Source of the DNA: Octopus sinensis
Taxonomy: Eukaryota
Assembly (NCBI RefSeq): GCF_006345805.1
Contig: NC_043009.1
Span: 14,136,001-14,200,000, forward strand
Direction: 5' to 3'
DNA length: 64,000 nt
Shown here piece by piece: positions 1-11,839 of the stretch (its first letter is position 1; the number at the start of each line of letters is the position of its first letter). The notes under the pieces are model-generated. The model saw nothing but the letters and a program-made list of their open reading frames with translations. It was not told the DNA's origin and did not search any database. Position numbers and translations under genes: made by a program.

Positions 1-1186
1 AGCATCTAAATCCAGTAATAATTGTCATAAAATAAGGATTTAGAGATATATTCCGTTAAATAATTCTAAGTACATTACCTTAAAAGGATTTACAGGTAAA
101 GCTAATGCTATATCGTAATAATCCTCATTATTATTCTTATATATATATATCTTATATAATAAAATATAGTTTGTAACTGTGTAAGTGTATGTGTGTAAGG
201 ATGCTCCTTATGCATTCGAAAACTGAGTAGCCGATTTTGACGTTTGAGGTATCAAAAGATTCAGTAATCTTTCGGCTACCAAATAAACTATGTTTGTTGG
301 CACAACAACACTTTTTTCTTACAAAAATAACCTCGGAAACAAGGTTGGGTCGCACAATTTTGAGGTCTTTAGCTAAGGGAGGCAGCTCTGCCAGAACAAT
401 CATAAAATAGATGGAGTTTTACCAGGGAATAAAACTTTAGTAAATAATCTTTTGATGTGAAGTATATTTGTATTTTGTTTAGCCCAGAGATGCATAGTTT
501 TATTTTCTTCCTGAAATACTGTAAATCTATGTCTTTCTTTTAACGAAAGTGTATGTTTTAAAAGAGATTTGGCTGCTATTTGTAGTAGTTCATGTTACCA
601 CAGACTATTTTGCACAATAATTTTAAAAGAAATCTGGACACCTTTCTTACTGCTATCATTCAACTTCAAATTACAATTGTTAATTGCTGGAAGTCAAGTA
701 GACTGAGTGTTATCGTATTGAGTAGAAATTCAATATGAAGTTTTGAACTCATTATCTTTTGGGTTACCTTAAATTTGAAGCCATTAAGTCTTTAAACATT
801 ATTTTACTGGCTTTAGTCTTTCGACTGTCGCCATAATGAGATATCACTTTAAAAAATTACTCATACGGATCGCAGTACGTACTTCAGTTTGGAATTTATT
901 TTACAGATCTATACTTGATGAACTGCTAACTTTAAGACATAGTAGGACACAATACTCGATTTAACGATAAAGGTAAACACACAAACACACACACATACAC
1001 ACACATTAAGTGCAATAATAACCGTGTAGTTCCACGTTCAGTCCCTCTGCATGATACCTCTGACAACCACAGTCTTGTGACTTAATTTGGTAGACGGAAA
1101 CTGCAACGTTGTTCACCAGAAGATGACCTAAAAACATGTTTATTAAGACGTTCTTTTCTTTTTTTTTCTCCCTCCTCCTAAATGGA

Positions 1187-1260
1187 GCAGCTGCTGAACC
1201 TAGACTCTGCAGCTGCTGAACCTAGACTCTGCAGCTGCACAACTTGAACTCCGCAGCTGC
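1187..1260 (+). repeat. 22-bp tandem minisatellite (about 3.4 units)
   Basis: gcagctgctgaacctagactct x2, one diverged unit, then gcagctgc. Confidence 0.85.
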
Positions 1261-4176
1261 TAGATTGATTACAAACTACGAGTTAGCAATTGTTAATTTA
1301 CCTCACCTCTTTGCCAATATTTCAATTAATTCAAGAAATTATGAGGAGTGTTAGAGACATAGGGACCAAGATATGTTTCAAGTGTGATCTGAAAATCTTG
1401 TACCAGAGTTTAAGACAATGAAAGCCTCATATCATTATGCAAACCATTTTTTTTTTACCTTTCGTTACACTGTGCTTCCAAAGCCTACACTAACTGCCAT
1501 GTTATTTATAAAGTTAATCGGAAATATATTTCCATAATTTAACGATAGTTTCCTTCTCCTAAATAACGAATTTCAAAAATTTTCAAATATCAATCCTCAA
1601 TAAATTTTTGACATTTTCTGCAGAAGATGGCTTATACTTGAACAGGTGAAAATCATGTTTGGAAAATTGGTCTGGTCTTATCTTTTATCTAACTGATTGA
1701 GAAAATGGTGCTCGAAATGCTTCAACAATTTTAGAGGCTTTACAAAATTGCTTTTAGAAAATATATTTCGCATGAAACAGCTTACGTTGAAGTTTAAAGC
1801 AAATATATCAAGAATTGATGATTATCATTACAGCAATGTAACTGTTGGGCATTACTACCGCTTTTAACCCGAGGAAGAGCCTTCTCCAATAGCCGGAAGA
1901 GGCTCTTGCGGGGTTAAAAACGGTAGTAACATTGAAATATGGCGATAAACATTACTTCACAGTATAATTACTATTTCCATCTCTTATAGAGATTTTCTGT
2001 CTACTTATATTAAGAATTTCTTTCTCTCTGTGTTGAAGAGTTTCTCAGGAATTTCATCACACAAAAAAATTTGAGACCTGATGATTTAAGTACAATTAAT
2101 GTCATTGATCTTAGAATATCGCTCAGGATACTTCGCAAATATTGTTGTGTCATTTCCGAAATAATTTCGAGTAAATATTTTTAATTTCTTTTTTGTTTTA
2201 CAAAGCAAATATTTAAGGTCTTTTATCACGAGAACTGTTTGTTAACTGAGAGTTGCTCGAGGCATTGAATCCAACTGATGCTATTGAGAGAAAGACAAAA
2301 TGAATCATTCCAGTATAATTTTGAAACTTCCATAATAGTTCTCGAAAAATATTATAAAAAAGTTAATAAAGAGTTGACGGAGTCCATTATGCAGAATCAA
2401 CCTCTAAATCAAAAAAATTGCCAATAAAATTTTAATTTAATTAATCCTTGCCAAAATAGGGTGACTTTATACCGCTTCCTTTCGTTGACAACATTTATGA
2501 TCACTCTCTTTTTACTGCCGCATTTTTCAGAAATTGCTAAAAAAAAAATTTCACCTTACTCATCAACAATAAAGTTAAAAATAGCATCGTTTCCTCAACG
2601 CCCACCTTAATTGCGTTAACGAGATTCAAATCTTTGCACGATGCCATTAACTGCATGAAATGGAATCCACAGTAGTCTTGTGAGAGCTTGCCAGAAAAAC
2701 TGATAAAGCAATGAAGTAGTTTAATTAATATATTCTCTTTTAATATAATAGAAGCAAAGTTAAACATATTCTTATCTGTTTAATGTTTTATATCGTCTTT
2801 GAATTGCTATTTAAAAATTACTACATTTTCGTGTATTTCGGTGGGCTTCCGTGAAAAATTTATTATCAGAAAATAAGCTTCAGCAACCCGGGGATTCACA
2901 TGACGCTACACACCATAACATTCACAAATTAAGCGAATTACGGTTCGTTTTCCCAGCAAGATCGTTTTAACTCAAGACTGTACGTATGTTAAACTCCGGT
3001 GTGAAACATGAACCTACGACTGTATATCGCAAATAACTCGTGATACTCTCTTAAGTACTACGATCATGTAATCAAGTTGGTCGTTGTATGTCTCTTTCTA
3101 TCATTTCGAGTGTTGACTTTATGAAGGTGCCCCCCACTAAAAAGCTATTCACTGCTTTTAGTGTCGTGTTTGTGTCAGCGATCCAGGCGAGTGAGTGAAG
3201 AGGTGATGTCTGACGTAAAGTGTAGCCAATAGACATGACGGCTTATATATTGCTGCACAATAAATCAACGTTTTCATTTATTTCAAGTGGCTTCTATCGA
3301 TCTTCTGGCATGCGAAGACATTTAACTTTCACTAAGAGCAGAAAGTCAGATGGTGTACTATTAAATATTGTTTTTTGAAAGCCATCACTTCTTACTCATG
3401 TTAGTGAAAAGTGATTCCGTTGCCTCTGTTTCTATCTTCGTGTGTATGAATTTCCATTCTATATCTAAAGTGCTTTGTTTGCACATATATTACCTTTCAC
3501 CCACGATGTATCTGTCAAAATTAGGAACTAAAAAAAAAAAAAAAAGAAGCAAAAGCATTTGTTTAAACAAGCGGTGCTTCACCTAAAACAACTGGTATGT
3601 TTTATGGCAAGAGACTTAGTAACTGCCTATACAAAGCGTTCTATGGCGTGAAACTTTAAGAACACGCAAATCACAATTTTCACAAAAAAACAATGGTAAA
3701 GGAAAATATAATTGGTTTAAAGGAATCGCAAGTCTTGGCTCCAAGGAGGAGGGTTCAATCTTGTCTTTCGACTTGCTAGAAAAACCGACCGAATCTTTCT
3801 CAAATCACATCTTAGCGTCTCATAAGGGAAATGACAATAGATAACAACTCTATACGCCTGATGTTTGATATCACTTAGAGATTATGAGTTCAAATCAAGC
3901 TATAAATGGGGAGTGTTTTCCTATTGCCTTTAAGGCAGATGATACATTTATCTTCATATATCTTCCATTGTAGAAAAATTGAACCCACAAAATTCGTTGC
4001 AATTTCATGTAACTGATATCGAGTAAACATCAGCTATGATAATTAAAAGTTAATGGAGTGAAAATTGTCATTAAGCGTTTTAACTAATGAAGCAACTCAT
4101 TTTGCATGGTTAAACTATGAAGGGTTGTACATCCTTCGTTTTCTTTTTTCGCTTTCTTCTCTATATGTATGAATGT

Positions 4177-4207
<31 letters not shown>

Positions 4208-4218
4208 TATATTTATTG

Positions 4219-4696
4219 GGGCACAGGCGTTGTTGTGTAGTAAGAAGCTTGTTTTCCAACCACACGGATCCGGATTCAGTCCCACTGCATGGCACCTTGG
4301 GCAAGTGTCTTCTACTATACCCTCGGCGGTCCATCAAGGCTTTGTAAGTGGATATGGAAGAGGGAAACTGAAAGCTCGTCGTATACACACACACACACAC
4401 ACACACATACATACATACACATATAACGGGCTTTATATATGTGTGTATATACATTTATATACCTGTGTGTGACTTTGTGCTTGCGTTTGTTCCCCCCCCC
4501 CACGGCTTGACAACCGGTGTTGGTGTGTTTACGTGTCAGTAACATAGCGGTTCGGCAAGAGTAGGGGATGTAATAAGTACCAGGCTTTCAAAAGAGTAGC
4601 AGGGTCAGTTCATTCGAATAAAAATTCTTCAAAGAGCTGCCCGAGCATGGCCGCAATCTAATTAAAACAATCTAATTAAAACAAGTAAAAGATAAC
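4219..4696 (+). mobile_element. Octopus-type tRNA-head SINE, family A (bipartite, internal microsatellite)
   Basis: Head ...gtagtaagaagcttg...ggattcagtcccactgcatggcaccttgggcaagtg, internal (CA)n/(TG)n, right arm cttgacaaccggtgttggtgtgtttacg...gcatggccgca. More than 10 copies in the window. Confidence 0.8.
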
Positions 4697-5835
4697 AGAT
4701 AAAAATACCTAAATAACATTTACATATATTCATGCATAAGTGTTTACAAGTGCTTAATTTTATACCTATGTCACACCAAGGACCAAACCCAGAGTCAAAT
4801 CTATGGTTTAAATTGGATTTGGTACTTCAGTATCCAACCCATATTTGTATATCTTCAGCATCCATTGGATTTGCATATCTTCATCATCCAACCCATATTT
4901 GATACCGTCAATGCTGTTTACCTCACTGTGAGATCTATGTTATCACACCTAGCTCTTTGTGATGTCCTACCTGTTGATGCATCTTAGATCTAAAGAATCC
5001 TTATAACCAAATCTCTCCCCCTCTCTCCCCCGTTCTCTCTCTTTCTCTCTCACTCCCCGTCTCTCCCCCTACTTATGAATATATCTTTATCTTTCATTTG
5101 TTCCAGTCATCATCTGCAGACAAGCTAGGGCTTTGCCTTGAACGGCTTAGCGGACACAAATACTTATATTTTTAAAGCCAGGTTCTTATTCTATAAGACT
5201 CTTTTGCAAAACAACTGTTACGGGAACTTAAACCATCAAGGATTTCAAGCGATGGTGGGAAAAAGCTCAAGTACAACTCCAAGAGAGAGAGACACACACA
5301 AGAATATCGTCATGCATGTATGCATGCATGTATGTATGTATGTATGTATGTATGTATGTATACACACACATAAACACGCACATAATACACACACACACAC
5401 ACATATATATATATATGTTCGCCAGCCAAAACCACTCACAAGGATTTAGTCGGCTTCAGGCTATTGCAGAAAACACCTCCCTAAAGTGCCACTACTACGG
5501 ACTGAGGTGTCCTACCTGTTGATGTACCTTAGTTCTAAAGAATCCTTATAACCAAATCTCTCCCTTTCACTCTCTCACGTTCTCTCTCTTTGTACTTCAC
5601 TCCCCGTCTCTCCCCCTATATATCTTTACAATGGTCAACGCATTGAGCCATTATAAATACCGCAAGACATTTTGTTCGATCTAACGATTCTGCCAAATCA
5701 CCACATTTGTCTCCAATATACTTTTATAAAGCGCCATAATCAAAGACACAAAGTCGTATAATTACATGTATACATACATACATACATACATACGTACATA
5801 CATACATACACATACATACATACATGCATACATAT

Positions 5836-5881
<46 letters not shown>

Positions 5882-5933
5882 TATATATATATAATATATA
5901 TATATATATATAATATATATATATATATATTTA

Positions 5934-6004
5934 GGTGTAGGAGTGGCTGTGTGGTAAGTAGCTTGCTTACGATCCACATGGTTCCGGGTTGAGTCCCACT
6001 GCGT
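5934..6004 (+). mobile_element. SINE family A head fragment
   Basis: gagtggctgtgtggtaagtagcttgc...ggttccgggttgagtcccactgcgt matches other copies. Confidence 0.7.
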
Positions 6005-6204
6005 ATATTAAATCCAAGCTGTGTTATTTGTTTATTCGCATAATCGTTTCCATATCTGCTCACCAGGTCTCCTCATTTAGCTACTTTTCCGCCTACGGAC
6101 GTGGTCCCTCGCAAAGGGATCAAGTTCGAATCCTTTGAGCGCTACTAAGTGTTTTCTATATCGAGATTGTCTGGATGTCACCTGTTGACTCTCTATATAT
6201 AATT

Positions 6205-6500
6205 ATATGAATATATATATATCTAGTTGAAATTTACAGAAAAACAAAAGACTTACACAGGTGTAAAAAAAAAACTACAAGCAGGTGTATTCATTTGACG
6301 CTCGGCAAGGTGAGAAAGGCTTTTACGTTTCGAGCCTACGCTCTTCAACAGGAGGAAATGAACAAAGAATATATATATACATATATACATACATACATAC
6401 ATACATATATATGTGTGTGTGTGTATATGTGTGAGTGTGTGTGGTGTGTATGCGTTTGTGTGTGTGTGTGTGTGTGTGCGTGTGTGTGTGTATTGGTATA
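6205..6500 (-). mobile_element. 3' module of Neptune-like Penelope element with variant hammerhead-like motif
   Basis: Reverse complement matches the modules at 10100-10290, 43270-43410 and 51230-51375 (ctgttgaagagcgtaggctcgaaacgtaaaag), preceded by a CA-rich tract. Confidence 0.6.
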
Positions 6501-6502
6501 TT

Positions 6503-6850
6503 CGCGGCTGTCTGGCAAGATGCTTCCCAACCACTCGGTTCCAGGTTCAGTCCCACTGCATGGCACCTTGCCCAAGCGTCGTCTACTTTAATAAGCTCGG
6601 GCCGACCAAGGCGTTCTAAGTGGATTAGGTAAACGGAAACTGAAAGAAACCCGTCGTATATAATATTTATATATATATGTATGTTTGTGTGTTTACGTCC
6701 CTGTAAGCTAGCGGTTCGGCAAAAACGACCGATAGAATTAGTAATAGGCTTACAAATAATATATCCAGGGGTCGATTTCTTCGAACAAAAGGCGGGGGTT
6801 CCAGCATGACCCTAGTCAAATGACTGATACAAGTAAAAGAATAAAAGAAT
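6503..6850 (+). mobile_element. SINE family A
   Basis: Both arms present; ends aagtaaaagaataaaaga. Confidence 0.8.
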
Positions 6851-6864
6851 GAAGGAATATATAA

Positions 6865-7017
6865 GTATATATGTATATACGTGCATACATTCACATATAC
6901 ATACATACATACATGCATACATACAGACAGACAGACATGCATGCATACATACATATATACATGCATATATACATACATACATACATATATACATACATAT
7001 ATACATACATACATATA

Positions 7018-7051
<34 letters not shown>

Positions 7052-7073
7052 CATACATATATACATACATACA

Positions 7074-7105
<32 letters not shown>

Positions 7106-7176
7106 CATACATACATACATACATACATACATACATACATTACATCCATCCATCCATCCATCCATCCAACCATACA

Positions 7177-7214
<38 letters not shown>

Positions 7215-7412
7215 CATACATACACACACACATACATACATACACACACACATACTTACATACATACATATATACGCACATGCATACATACATACATGCA
7301 TACACACATACATACATGCATACACACATACATACATACATACATACATACATACATACATACATACATACATACGTACATACATACATACATACACACA
7401 CATACATACATA
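6865..7412. repeat. (CATA)n/(CATC)n compound microsatellite
   Basis: Seen directly; it explains the spurious HTYI/MYVC ORFs. Confidence 0.95.
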
Positions 7413-7414
7413 TG

Positions 7415-7720
7415 TGCGGCCGCATGGTTTAGTGTCGAGGGTGCTGCACTCGCGATCGCGAGTTCAAGGTTTCAATTCCCCGACCGAGCGGTGCATCGAG
7501 ATCTTGAGCAAAACACTTCATCTCACGTCCCTCTGCGATCAATTCAACACCTGACGCATGGTACACAGTGCCACCTGTTCAGTCAACGATTTGATGAAGA
7601 AAGGGAGCCAATGAGCGGCACGAACATTTTATCATTACAAGAAAATCGATTAAAGCGGCCGCACATTAAAACTTTACCACTCAACTTGATCTGCTTTACT
7701 TCTGTTATAGAATAATTAGT
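7415..7720 (+). mobile_element. tRNA-derived SINE (separate family)
   Basis: A-box-like tggtttagtg, B-box-like ggtttcaattccc, then cttgagcaaaacacttcatctcac resembling SINE central domains. Confidence 0.55.
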
Positions 7721-8158
7721 GATGGACATTATAAGCATTCGGAGGATAAATCTAGAATATAGTTCCATGGGAATTGTTTTATATTTGACAACGCTCTGTT
7801 CTGAGACCGAAGGCTTATCTTTATTTCAATAATAAAAATCATAACTTTTATTTCTTTACACTCTTTCGCATGCTTTTTTCTTATTTCTTAATGATTATCG
7901 TAGGATTTTAACATAAAAGCGTAATATTTACTTCAAAAGGGTGGAAAAGAATTGTAATTATTAGAATTTTGCAATACAGGAAGAAAAAATAAGAGACAAA
8001 AAGAATTGAAATTTATAATATGGTGTAAGGGAGGTAACCCTGGGAATATGTTAAAGTACCTTCCCTTGAAAACACCGGTCTTGGAATCATCACTGCTAGG
8101 ACGCTGATAACAAATGCTTTATGTACCTCTGTTCGTTATCTATATTATGTATGTAGAC

Positions 8159-8206
<48 letters not shown>

Positions 8207-8292
8207 GCTAACATACACAACAAGTATATATATCGTTTGTAGAAAACATAAATCCGAAAGAAGAGCACACTCTAAGATGTAGAGCAGTATAT

Positions 8293-8676
8293 ATGAGTGG
8301 CTGTGTGGAAAGTAGCTTGCTTACCAACCTGATGGTTCCGGGTTCAGTCCCACTGCGTGGCACCTTGGGCACGTGCCTTCTAATATAGCCTCGGGCCGAC
8401 CAAAGCCTTGTGAGTGGATTTGGTAGACGGAAACTGAAAGAAGAACGTCGTATATATATATATATGTGTGTGTATGTGTTTGTCCCTCCCAACATCGCTT
8501 GACAACCGATGGTGGTGTGTTTACGTCCCCCGTAACTTAGAGGTTCGGCAAAAGAGACCGATAGAATAAGTACTAGGCTTACAAAGAATAAGTCCCGGGG
8601 TCGATTTGCTCAACCAAAGGCGGTGCTCCAGCATGGCCACAGTCACATGACTGAAACAAATAAAAGAATAAAAGAG
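8293..8676 (+). mobile_element. SINE family A, near-consensus copy
   Basis: Full head, short (TA)(TG) core, full right arm and aataaaagaataaaaga tail. Confidence 0.85.
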
Positions 8677-8696
8677 TATATATATATATATAATTT

Positions 8697-8760
8697 ATAT
8701 AATTAGGGTTCAGCAAAAAATTTGCTTTGCCACAATATTTTTGCTGAACCCTAATTATAT
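8697..8760. repeat. Perfect 23-bp inverted repeat with 18-nt spacer (possible collapsed Tc1/mariner MITE)
   Basis: atataattagggttcagcaaaaa at 8697-8719 and its exact reverse complement at 8738-8760. Confidence 0.85.
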
Positions 8761-8856
8761 AAAGTAATGTTTAGGTTTACCGTAAATGGTCCTTTTAACA
8801 TACTGAACACTGCTTGGTAAAATTATTAATTACTAATTAATTAATTAATTTTACCC

Positions 8857-8921
<65 letters not shown>

Positions 8922-9160
8922 CATACATATATATATATGTTTGTAAAGCTTCGTACTTATTCCATTAGCCGCTTTTCCCGAACCGCTAAGTTACGCAGAT
9001 GTAAACGCACCAACATTGGTTGTCAAGCGGTGATGGTGGTGGGGGTACAAACACACACATACGGAGACACATACGGGTGCACGCATACACCTACACACCC
9101 ACACAATAGCTGGATAAATTTAGTGAGATGAGAATTAAAAACTTTTACAAACTTAACTTT

Positions 9161-9233
9161 TCTTATACTGCAGTTTCGCCAAATTCAGTAATAAAAATAG
9201 TATTTATTTACTCAGGCTGGCTCTTCAGTAAGA
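9161..9233 (-). ncRNA. Minimal type I hammerhead ribozyme, apparently intact
   Basis: Minus strand reads UCUUA-CUGAAGA-GCCA...UGGC-GAAAC-UGCA-GUA^UAAGA: 5-bp stem I, G10.1-C11.1 stem II, palindromic stem III. Confidence 0.8.
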
Positions 9234-10099
9234 TTCCTGTTAATGATGGAAAGACCATATCAATAGATCCATGTGCGTCTATCGAAATGCTCTTTCTAAA
9301 CTATTCAAAACACATATATATATATAATATGCACACACACGTGTGTGTGTTGTAATACCTGAAGTTTCGAGGGCCCTTATCTCTTCTGTACTTTTCCCAA
9401 AACCGCAGACATCTACATGGCATAGATATGATTGCATTCTAAAAATACTTTTGCATAATTTTATCTAAACAAACACATGAACCCATATCATGGCAGAAAA
9501 TGTTCATGAGGCTAGCGTTGTTCAGCTCTCTTTTATGAGGAAGCGAAAAAGAGTGTTTTGGAGTAGGTTGTGACTCCAAGACTTTCCCCATCTCACTTAA
9601 CTTAGTTCAATTATGTGTGGTGGCTCCCTGTCCACGATGTCATTCCGCCGGTCACTGTGTTTCTAGATGAAGCAGGATAGGGACGTGGAAATTTTCTGAA
9701 GGGTTACACCCCTCTTTAAAAATTGCCGAGTACACCTCCCTTTAAAATCGCAATCTCACACCTTGTCTCTGCGTGAGACTACACATACTCTTCGACGTTT
9801 ATATGTTTGTATTACAGGTTTTGAAGAATGGGAGGAGATTAAATAATCGATCCTGTATCCATTTTGTGTTAACTTATGGGGAAGGATTGTGAACCAGTGG
9901 TGGGTGGACGAACAAAAAGCCTCAAACAAAAGTACATGTACACATTTACATTTTGGCCGTATTCCACACAACTTCTGTCCAAAACATTCGCTCGTAAGCG
10001 TTTGGTTGACCAAAGGCTATAGTACAATACACTTGGCCAAGCTGGCACAGTGCGGGACTAAATTCGAATCCACTAGTCACCATGATAGATCGTTAGCCA

Positions 10100-10290
10100 C
10101 CACACACATTTTTTTCTCTCCTTGTTTCTCTCCTTGTTTTTTTTCTGTGTCCCTTTCTGTAGAAGAGCGTATGCTCGAAACGTAAAAGACGTTTTCTATT
10201 CCTGAGCGTTATACTAATAAATCTGTTTGTTTTGTACACCACCTGTCTTCGTCTTTTGTTTTTTTCGTAAACTGTTTCTATATAGAGATT
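10100..10290 (+). mobile_element. 3' module of Neptune-like PLE with variant hammerhead-like motif
   Basis: ctttctgtagaagagcgtatgctcgaaacgtaaaag followed by the shared tail cacctgtcttcgtcttttg. Confidence 0.6.
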
Positions 10291-10821
10291 ACATCTATTC
10301 CAGTTTATTGAATAGTCTAGCTTGCTAAATGATTATTTCCTCAATATCATTGTCAACGGATCATTCTTTGAGGTGATAGGGCTAATTAGGTAATTTGTCT
10401 GCATTTCAGCGTGTCTAAAGTATCAATTATGGTCAAACTACCGCAGCTCAATTTTCATTCAGTATTACCCTATAATGTTTGTGCTATATTACGTGACTAA
10501 GTGTATCTAGTGTATTTGTCTTTAATTGCTCTAGCATTGATCTATCATCGTCTGATACTCCAGAGTGCTTAATAACCATGCTTTACTTCTGAGAATTAGG
10601 AAATAAATTCCAATATTCGCTTGATACGATTTCAATAATAACAAAGATACATTGAATGCTTTTATGTTATCAAGCTTGCACTTCGCTATTTACCCTTCTT
10701 TCTTTGATACTGCAGGAAAACAAAACTGGAAACGACTTCATTTCTTTGAGACCTGGAAACAAAGTGTCGCGGAAATACTCTGGGTTTAGCAGCACATGCT
10801 TAAATATTCTTATCTACTCTA

Positions 10822-11270
10822 GGAACAAGGCCAAAAATTTTTGGGGAGGGGGCCAGTCGATTAGATCGACTCCAGTACGCAACTGGTACTTAATTTATAG
10901 ACCACGAAAAGATGAAAGCAAAGTTGACCTAGGCAGAATTTGAACTCAGAACGTAACGGCAGACAAAATACCTGTTTCTTTACTACCCACAAGGGGCTAA
11001 ACACAGAGGGGAGAAACAAGGACAGACAAACGGATTAAGTCGATTATATCGACCCAGTGCGTAATCGATCCTATATCCATTTTGAGTTAACTTTTGGGGA
11101 GGATTGTGAACCAGTGGTGGGTGGACGAACAAAAAGACCCCGAAAGGATGAAAGGCAAAGTCGACCTCGGCAGAATTTGAACTCAGAACGTAACGGCGGA
11201 CGAAATACCGCGACACATTTCGCCCGGCGTGCTAACGTTTCTGCCAGCTCGCCGCTTGCTAAAATATTAA
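10822..11270 (-). mobile_element. SINE family B composite (full copy plus internal repeat with a different tail)
   Basis: Minus-strand head gcggcgagctggcagaaacgttagcacgccgggcg, B-box gagttcaaattc; body repeated; same architecture as 61207-61605. Confidence 0.8.
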
Positions 11271-11839
11271 ATAAATGATTTTACCTATGGTATTGAAAAA
11301 TCACATAGTTACGAGGCGTCGTTCTCAACCATACAACTACATCCAGGCTATATCAAATGATATATTAAATGATATTAAGTGATATATAACTACATATCGA
11401 TACATAGTCAAAGCCAGATGAAAGCTCACAGGAACATTATTTTGGGTTCAATTATGCTGAGCAGTATCCTGAGTAAGTCTCCTCTGCGAGGAAACTTATG
11501 ATGGATAATGCTTGTCATCCATGACCTCTTGACGACCACTCTTGTTGATTATGACCACGTAACTTAGCGATGTGGCATAAGGGACTGATAGAATAAGTAC
11601 CAAGATTAAAAGAAAGTTCTAGGGTCGAATTTTCTTCTAAAAAATTTCAAAGCAGTAAGAGGTGGCGGATTGTAAGGTGTTCGTTTCCCAACCACATGGT
11701 TCCAGACTCAGTCCTACTACATAGCATCTAACACCATTTTTAAACAAAGGTATTATGCACTTTCAAACTCGTTTAAATATAAAAAGAATAGCATTTCCAC
11801 ACCACTAACCAGCCACGCATGCCATCTACTTAATAGAAA

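Noticed and set aside
152-2767. Short ORFs at 152-403 and 2537-2767 in AT-rich unique-looking DNA
   Set aside because: No recognisable motif or splice context; may be very old transposon debris but cannot be called.
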